Assembly (NCBI GenBank): GCA_964432155.1
Contig: CAYSMF010000012.1
Span: 2,758 to 66,757, forward strand
DNA length: 64,000 nt
Origin: an uncultured Melioribacter sp.
GTDB lineage: Bacteria > Bacteroidota > Ignavibacteria > Kapaibacteriales > Kapaibacteriaceae
Direction of reading: 5' to 3'
Shown: positions 58,670-64,000 of the stretch, piece after piece
Numbering within the stretch: position 1 is the first letter of the stretch
How the letters are laid out: the number at the start of each line of letters is the position of its first letter
Translations under genes and position numbers: made by a program
Notes under the pieces: model-generated
What the model was told of the DNA's origin: nothing
Databases searched by the model: none
The model's input: only the letters and a program-made list of their open reading frames with translations

Positions 58670-59164
58670 TTACTTCAAGCCTGGTGTGATACGCTTGACG
58701 ATAGGACGAACAGTTTCAAGAAACGTTGTCGTGGACTTATACAGATCCTTTGCCTGGTTCGTTCCATCAGGCAGCATCGACGACATGTCGTAGACGTAGC
58801 AGTTGATCAATACACGATCGCCGCGGAGCTGGAAGTTCCCCTGTACAGCCTTTGTGGCTCCCAGTGTGCGCACGGCCTTCCACATGTCTGATTCGTATTG
58901 CGGGTTGGTTGGATCGAGATTGAGTGCAGCGATGGCCATCTCAATTGAGTCGGGCTCGATCAACACGAAGTCTTTGCCGAACCCCTCGTGCGCACGCAGA
59001 GCCTTGTACACGGAATCGGCCAGCTGCACGCTCCATGCGTTGTACTGGATGTCGCGGTCCATGTTGCGGAAGGGAAGGACGGCTACGCGCTGTTGCGCCA
59101 TTAGTGAACCACCTCCGAGAATCAGAAGCGCGCACACAAGAATCATCGATCGAACCGTATGCAT
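58670..59164 (-). CDS. hypothetical secreted protein
   Basis: Signal peptide MILVCALLILGGGSLMA and an RVAVLPFRN motif. No confident family assignment. Confidence 0.4.
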   Translation of the reverse strand: MHTVRSMILVCALLILGGGSLMAQQRVAVLPFRNMDRDIQYNAWSVQLADSVYKALRAHEGFGKDFVLIEPDSIEMAIAALNLDPTNPQYESDMWKAVRTLGATKAVQGNFQLRGDRVLINCYVYDMSSMLPDGTNQAKDLYKSTTTFLETVRPIVKRITPGLK

Positions 59165-59195
59165 ATGACGTGCTGCGGACGACCCGCAGAAGTAG

Positions 59196-59519
59196 TTACA
59201 GAAACGCGTCTCGAAGTTGGAAGAGCTGCTGTCGAAGCGCGGTTATGCGCTCGGCGGCAGCGTCGATGGAGCCCTGTTCAGCATCCTGCATGATCGCGAC
59301 CCCGACGGCAGCGAGACGTGGAAAACCGAACTGAATCATCGATCCCTTGATCGTGTGGCCAAGTCGATGCAGTGCATCGATGTTGCCAGCGTCGACGATC
59401 TCGGGGATCGCATTGCAAAGATCGCGATCCCAGGCCGTAAAAAACTCCGGAAGCAGTTCACGAAGAACGCTATCCGCAGGACCTGGGTCTGACGGACTGT
59501 GTGGTGAGCAATCAGTCAC
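59196..59519 (-). CDS. Hpt (histidine phosphotransfer) domain protein, single domain
   Basis: HRLGHTIKGSMIQFG matches the HxxKG Hpt signature. The longer ATG-initiated ORF (to 59606) overlaps the 3-prime end of rnpB, so an in-frame GTG at 59519 or a later start is more likely. Confidence 0.55.
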   Translation of the reverse strand: MTDCSPHSPSDPGPADSVLRELLPEFFTAWDRDLCNAIPEIVDAGNIDALHRLGHTIKGSMIQFGFPRLAAVGVAIMQDAEQGSIDAAAERITALRQQLFQLRDAFL

Positions 59520-59924
59520 TGGGAGACTCCTGTAAGCCGAATTCTGTCTTCTCTCGCCGAAGCTCGAGGAGGTGATCATTTCTCTAGGACGTGCGTCGCC
59601 GCACATCTCAAGCGATCTACCCGATGCAGTCTACTTGCGTAGACAAGACGAACAACCTCTGAACACCGAAGTGTTCCTGCATCTGCTTGATCTTGCTCCG
59701 CACGGGGTTTACCGAGCCAGCCGGTCGCCCGACTGCTGGTGGGCTCTTACCCCACCATTTCAACCTTACCTGATCCTCTTGCGAGGCCATCGGCGGTATC
59801 TTTCTGTTGCACTTTCCGTTGCCTTTCGACACCTTCTCGTTAAGAAGCGTGCTGTTCTATGGAGTTCGGACTTTCCTCCCCGTTGCAGATGCAACGCGGC
59901 GATCACCCGGAGTCCCCAAGTGGC
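59515..59924 (-). ncRNA. rnpB: RNase P RNA, bacterial type A
   Basis: Reverse complement contains GGAGGAAAGUCCGAACUCCAUAG, AGUGCAACAGAAAGAUACCGCCGAUGGCC, GAUCAGGUAAGG..GGUAAGAGCCCACCAG, GGUAAACCCCGUGCGGAGCAAG, GGGUAGAUCGCUUGAG and ACAGAAUUCGGCUUAC. Compensatory P4 changes relative to E. coli (GUCCGAA/UUCGGCU versus GUCCGGG/CCCGGCU). A P1 helix pairs 59914-59924 with 59515-59530. Confidence 0.93.
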
Positions 59925-59933
59925 CGATTGCGC

Positions 59934-60674
59934 TTATGCGCCGGCCATCAAGCTGTCAATGTCCGCTTCCACATCCTCGGTGAAGAGAATGCGACCACAT
60001 CCTTCGCAGGTATACACCTTGTCGCGCTGATACTTCATTTCCATGATGCGCTGCGATGGAATCGCCGAGTAACAGCCGCTGCATGAGTTGCGCTTAATAG
60101 CAACCGCTGCATTGCCGTGGAAGGTGCGAATGCGCTCATACTCAGACTCAAGCGAATCGTCGATCTGACCGCTCAGGCGCAGACGCAACTCGATGTACTT
60201 CTTGAGCTCGTCGTTCTGATCACCAGAACGCTCGGCAAGTTCCGCTTCCTTGTCGGAGAGCTTCTCGCGCACCACAGCGAGTTCTTGTTCTTGCTGTGCT
60301 TGGATTGTTTTCAGGTTCTCTTCACGGACACCCGAGGTACGAATCCGTTCTTCGATTTCCGTGCGTTGCGTCTTGAGGTGCTCGAGTTCGCGTGTGATTG
60401 CATCGAACTCACGATTGTTCTTTACCTGGAACTGCTGCTGCGCAAGGCGCTGCTCCTTATCGAGGCTCTCTTGGATTGTCACGTGTGCTGTTCCGCGCAG
60501 GTGGTCAAGCTCTGCAAGGTGCTTCTGCGTTGTCTCGAGTGCCGCGACTTTTTCGCGAAGCGATGCTTCGAGTTTCTTCACTTCCTGTGGAAGATCACCG
60601 AGCTCGTCATGTAACTCGTCGAGTTGTGCATCGACAGCTGCAAGTTGGGCCAAGAGGTTGATCTGCTGTTCCAT
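59934..60674 (-). CDS. zinc-ribbon domain protein (COG1579/DUF164, coiled-coil plus C4 zinc ribbon)
   Basis: Long coiled-coil region, then a C-terminal CSGCYSAIP...CEGCGRILF C4 zinc ribbon. Start at the internal Met MEQQINLLAQL. This is the conserved partner of Nif3. Confidence 0.7.
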   Translation of the reverse strand: MEQQINLLAQLAAVDAQLDELHDELGDLPQEVKKLEASLREKVAALETTQKHLAELDHLRGTAHVTIQESLDKEQRLAQQQFQVKNNREFDAITRELEHLKTQRTEIEERIRTSGVREENLKTIQAQQEQELAVVREKLSDKEAELAERSGDQNDELKKYIELRLRLSGQIDDSLESEYERIRTFHGNAAVAIKRNSCSGCYSAIPSQRIMEMKYQRDKVYTCEGCGRILFTEDVEADIDSLMAGA

Positions 60675-60681
60675 GGAGATC

Positions 60682-61494
60682 CTACGATTGAAGAGAAAAT
60701 GTTTGTGATCGAAGTTGAGACGGGAGCGCATACTGTGCAGGCGTTGTATGCACGGTTGTTGTCAAAAACTCCACGTCGGGAATGCTACGCTGAAGCAAGT
60801 CACAGAGACCGGCTGGAACGAACTGTTCCATTTCGAAATGACCAGGATCAATGAGGCCAATGTGTCCAGCAGCGGCGTGAAAGGCATGATACTTGACGTC
60901 CGCTGTGATGAAGACGTTAGCACCGGCGGCACACGCTTCGTCATAGAACGACATACCGCTTCCGGCTACGATGGCAACACGCTCGACGCGTTCGGATGGG
61001 GGAGGGCAGTGTCGAACAGGCGCGCCACACACATCCGCAACGGCTTGGACAAGGTCGGTGTACGAATGGGTGCAGGCAGCGATTAGCCCCATGCCATGCG
61101 GACCACCGTCATGCGGAACGAGGGGGCCAACTGGAGTGCAGCCCAAAGCCTTGCAGAGCAGCAGATTGGTGCCATGTTGATAGGCGTCATACGTTGTGTG
61201 CACGCTGAACACGGCGATGTCGGCAGCGATACACTCGGCTACAATGCGACCAACGCGATCAGTGCGATCAATGACGCGCAATGGCGAATAAATCAACGGA
61301 TGGAACGTCACGATGGCTTCGCAGCCTTGAGCGATCGCCTCGGTAACGACGGCGTCGGTGATCTCGAGGCAAACAATTGCCCGACGTAGTTCGGGACGCT
61401 TCGGTGCCACCTGGAGACCAATAGCGTCTCCACTCATGGCGGTCTCCGGGGGAAGGATCTCCTGGAGCCTACGTGTGAACTCACGAACGAGCAT
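60682..61494 (-). CDS. Nif3-like dinuclear metal centre protein (YqfO/YbgI family)
   Basis: About 270 aa with His/Glu metal ligands distributed as in the NIF3 family (..FHPLIY.., ..HT.YD.., C-terminal ..GH...E..). Located upstream of the COG1579 gene and rnpB. Confidence 0.7.
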   Translation of the reverse strand: MLVREFTRRLQEILPPETAMSGDAIGLQVAPKRPELRRAIVCLEITDAVVTEAIAQGCEAIVTFHPLIYSPLRVIDRTDRVGRIVAECIAADIAVFSVHTTYDAYQHGTNLLLCKALGCTPVGPLVPHDGGPHGMGLIAACTHSYTDLVQAVADVCGAPVRHCPPPSERVERVAIVAGSGMSFYDEACAAGANVFITADVKYHAFHAAAGHIGLIDPGHFEMEQFVPAGLCDLLQRSIPDVEFLTTTVHTTPAQYALPSQLRSQTFSLQS

Positions 61495-61554
61495 AGAGGG
61501 CTAAACTACGCAACCTGAACGGATTAGCAATGTTATCCACATCGACTTCCGCAG

Positions 61555-61562
61555 TAACTTTG
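61555..61562 (+). promoter_or_regulatory. candidate -7 promoter element TAACTTTG
   Basis: Exact TAnnTTTG match 28 nt upstream of the ATG at 61590. Confidence 0.35.
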
Positions 61563-61589
61563 TGGTCAAATCGCAATCAACGCCGCTGT

Positions 61590-62333
61590 ATGCCCCCTAC
61601 CACCATCTCTGTTAGACGCATTGCTGTCGTCCTCGCACTTGCTCTGAGCGTTGTCGCTTCGGCTCCGCTCTACGCACAGATTGCGGGCGAGGAGCCCCCT
61701 GCCACCGACACCTCCATCGTGTTCACGCCGGTACGTCCGTTGCTTGAAGAGCTGGCGAGTAATGCTGTAGCAACCCACGCTGCTGGGTTCGACCTCCTGT
61801 TTTCAGGAAGCGGATGGGGAGCAGGCGTATTCTACACGCGACAACTCGCAGAGAACCTCAGTGGCTTTGCGAACGTCGTGATTACGCCGCGGCGAAACTC
61901 TGATGAAGTTGAGAACGTGTGGTACAATGGCTTCATCCCGATTGTTGCCAATAAGATTAATCGGTTGTTCATGTTCCCTGTGTCTGCGGGAGTGCAGTAT
62001 CGCTTGTTCTCGGAAGGCCTGCAGGAGACGTTTCGTCCGTATGTGTCGGTGGGACTTACCGCGACGCCGATCTTGCAGACGCCGTACTTGAAGGACGGGT
62101 ATTACTACGAGTTCTTCGAGTCCTTTGGCCATGGAACATGGCATATGCGCATGGGTGGCGTGATTGGTCTTGGATCGGTCTTCGGGCAACCCGGCAAAGG
62201 CAGTGTGATCGGCGTGAACATTCGGTACTACACGATCCCGTATGGCGAGCCTGGACTCGAGAGTATGGCAGGTCTGCCAATCACGAACTTTGGTGCAGTG
62301 TTTCTCTCGCTCTCTGTCGGGAGCGCTTGGTGA
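61590..62333 (+). CDS. hypothetical secreted/outer-membrane protein (beta-rich)
   Basis: Signal peptide MPPTTISVRRIAVVLALALSVVASAPLYAQ. Alternating hydrophobic beta-strand pattern and a C-terminal aromatic residue (..LSVGSAW). Confidence 0.4.
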   Translation: MPPTTISVRRIAVVLALALSVVASAPLYAQIAGEEPPATDTSIVFTPVRPLLEELASNAVATHAAGFDLLFSGSGWGAGVFYTRQLAENLSGFANVVITPRRNSDEVENVWYNGFIPIVANKINRLFMFPVSAGVQYRLFSEGLQETFRPYVSVGLTATPILQTPYLKDGYYYEFFESFGHGTWHMRMGGVIGLGSVFGQPGKGSVIGVNIRYYTIPYGEPGLESMAGLPITNFGAVFLSLSVGSAW

Positions 62334-62992
62334 CGTTGAACATTGAGCCGATTGGAATCATTCGCACGCCCTACAAGGCCCCCTATGATGCACCGCGACA
62401 ACCGCGTGTAGATGATCGGGTAGACGAGGCCGTCGTGACATTGTTCCCGCATCGCAACTACGAGCAGGCGACAGGGGATCTTCATGGCTGCGATCGCATC
62501 TGGCTGATCACGTACTTTCATCGCGCGCAAGGATGGAAGCCACGCGTGCTTGTACCACGTGGACGGGTCAAGCGCGGTGTGTTCGCAACGCGATCGCCGC
62601 ACCGACCGAACAATATCGGACTCACCTGCGTCGAGCTAATCCGTGTTGAGGGGCTATCGCTTGTGGTTCGAGGAACGGACCTCCTTGACGAGACCCCTGT
62701 GCTCGACATCAAGCCGTACATCGCCTACGCAGACGCATTCCCCGATAGCCGCGTGGCGTGGCTCGACGAAGTTGATGCCTTGCCAGCATACTCCGTTGTG
62801 TGGTCTAACGGCATCGCTGATGCCCTCGATGCAGACACGCGTGCACATGTTGAACGCGTGCTCGAAGCAGACCCATTCCCGCATCCATATCGTCGCATCG
62901 AGCAGCTCAACGAGGACACGTTCGAACTTGCGGTACGCGAACAACGTTTTCGCTTCGTGATTGCCGACACAACAGTGACCATCATTGCATAG
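62330..62992 (+). CDS. tsaA: tRNA (adenine37-N6)-methyltransferase TsaA (YaeB family)
   Basis: PIGIIRTPY N-terminus, a SPHRPNNIGLT motif and DGTPVLDIKPY are YaeB/TsaA family signatures. A GTG start overlaps the upstream stop. Confidence 0.75.
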   Translation: MTLNIEPIGIIRTPYKAPYDAPRQPRVDDRVDEAVVTLFPHRNYEQATGDLHGCDRIWLITYFHRAQGWKPRVLVPRGRVKRGVFATRSPHRPNNIGLTCVELIRVEGLSLVVRGTDLLDETPVLDIKPYIAYADAFPDSRVAWLDEVDALPAYSVVWSNGIADALDADTRAHVERVLEADPFPHPYRRIEQLNEDTFELAVREQRFRFVIADTTVTIIA

Positions 62993-63010
62993 TCCGTAGC
63001 TTTGCACGTA

Positions 63011-64000
63011 ATGACCGACTCCATTCGAACGTTACTCGAGCGTCGCATCTTGATGCTCGACGGTGCCATGGGCACGATGATTCAGCGACTCCGCTTGACG
63101 GAGGAAGACTATCGGGGATCGCGATTCCGCGACCACGAGATTCCGCTGAAAGGAAACAACGACCTTCTGTCGCTGACGCAGCCCGAGGCGATTGTCTCGA
63201 TTCACCGTGCGTACCTCGAAGCTGGTGCTGATATCATCGAGACGAACACGTTTTCGTCGACATCGATTGGTCAGGCAGAGTACGGACTCGGTGCACTTGC
63301 ACGAGAGGTGAGTCGCGAAGGGGCTAGGCTTGCACGTATTGCAGCCGATGAGTTCACCACACGCACACCAGCACGTCCTCGATTTGTAGCCGGTTCGATC
63401 GGTCCGACGACAAAGATGTTGTCGATGTCGCCGGATGTCAACGACCCAGGCTTCCGTGCCGTGACCTTCGATGAAATGCGCCTTGCCTTCCGCGAGCAGA
63501 TCTTGGGTCTGACCGAAGGTGGTGTAGATGTGCTGTTGTTTGAAACCGTGACTGATACGCTCAACCTAAAGGCAGGATTAAAGGCGTATGCAGAGTTATG
63601 CGACGAAATTGGTCTTGCTGTGCCGGTCATGATTTCCGGCACCATTACCGATATGTCGGGTCGCACGCTTTCTGGTCAGACGCCCTCTGCGTTTTGGACG
63701 TCGGTCGAGCATGCACGAAACTTGTTGTCAATCGGACTCAATTGCGCGCTCGGCTCATCGATGATGCGCCCCTTCATTGAAGAGCTGTCTGGCGTTGCCT
63801 CGTCGTACGTTTCCCTGTATCCCAATGCAGGTTTGCCGAACGCGATGGGCGGGTACGACGAAACGCCCGACTACATGGCGGAGCAAGCGCGCGAGTATGC
63901 ACGTGCAGGCTTCATCAATATCCTCGGTGGATGTTGTGGTACAACGCCTGACCACATCCGAGCAATGGCTGAAGCAGTTGCCGACCTCGCTCCGCGGGTA
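63011..64000 (+). CDS. metH: methionine synthase (MetH) N-terminal homocysteine-binding domain; 3-prime truncated by window end
   Basis: Not in the ORF track (no stop before the window end). Read directly from the sequence: [25 protein letters not shown]... and ...[14 protein letters not shown] match the Hcy S-methyltransferase domain of MetH. Confidence 0.8.
   Translation, partial: MTDSIRTLLERRILMLDGAMGTMIQRLRLTEEDYRGSRFRDHEIPLKGNNDLLSLTQPEAIVSIHRAYLEAGADIIETNTFSSTSIGQAEYGLGALAREVSREGARLARIAADEFTTRTPARPRFVAGSIGPTTKMLSMSPDVNDPGFRAVTFDEMRLAFREQILGLTEGGVDVLLFETVTDTLNLKAGLKAYAELCDEIGLAVPVMISGTITDMSGRTLSGQTPSAFWTSVEHARNLLSIGLNCALGSSMMRPFIEELSGVASSYVSLYPNAGLPNAMGGYDETPDYMAEQAREYARAGFINILGGCCGTTPDHIRAMAEAVADLAPRV

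Noticed and set aside
59572-60030. ORFs 59572-60030 (plus) and 59617-59832 (minus), and the N-terminal 29 aa of ORF 59196-59606
   Set aside because: They overlap the RNase P RNA gene, whose conserved blocks and covariation explain the sequence conservation here. There is no protein-like composition.
1-64000. CRISPR arrays, insertion sequences, integrases, rRNA and tRNA genes
   Set aside because: No regularly spaced direct repeats, no transposase or integrase-like ORFs, and no rRNA/tRNA signature blocks were found on reading either strand. Every intergenic region longer than 80 nt was examined.

Overview
This is a high-GC (about 58-60%), gene-dense chromosomal window of roughly 60 genes on both strands. 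It looks like an FCB-group bacterium (Bacteroidetes- or Rhodothermaeota-like). Three secreted proteins end in type IX secretion (T9SS) C-terminal sorting domains, several genes are preceded by the Bacteroidetes-type TAnnTTTG -7 promoter element, and a TonB-dependent receptor carries a CarbopepD-like N-terminal domain. Content is mostly housekeeping: secA, lysS, rpsF-rplI, an S1-domain protein, iscS, gdhA, lipA, thyX, alr, scpAB, a 2-oxoacid dehydrogenase E2, an N-terminal metH fragment and tsaA. Other modules are two secreted TldD/PmbA-like peptidases, a T9SS metalloprotease and an S8 protease, an aminotransferase-hppD-gdhA tyrosine-catabolism cluster, kynureninase, a tandem-TetR regulator, a site-2 protease and a GT39-like glycosyltransferase. 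The strongest non-ORF feature is a bacterial type A RNase P RNA (rnpB) on the minus strand at about 59515-59924, downstream of a conserved Nif3 and zinc-ribbon (COG1579) gene pair and overlapped by spurious ORFs in the track. No CRISPR arrays, tRNAs, rRNAs or mobile elements were found, and no clearly undescribed system stands out. The most unusual candidates are a cysteine-rich acidic secreted mini-protein upstream of the TonB-dependent receptor, a CxxCH-bearing multi-Ig T9SS surface protein next to a yceI gene, a standalone GlmU-like uridyltransferase, and a structured terminator-ended region between scpB and alkB.
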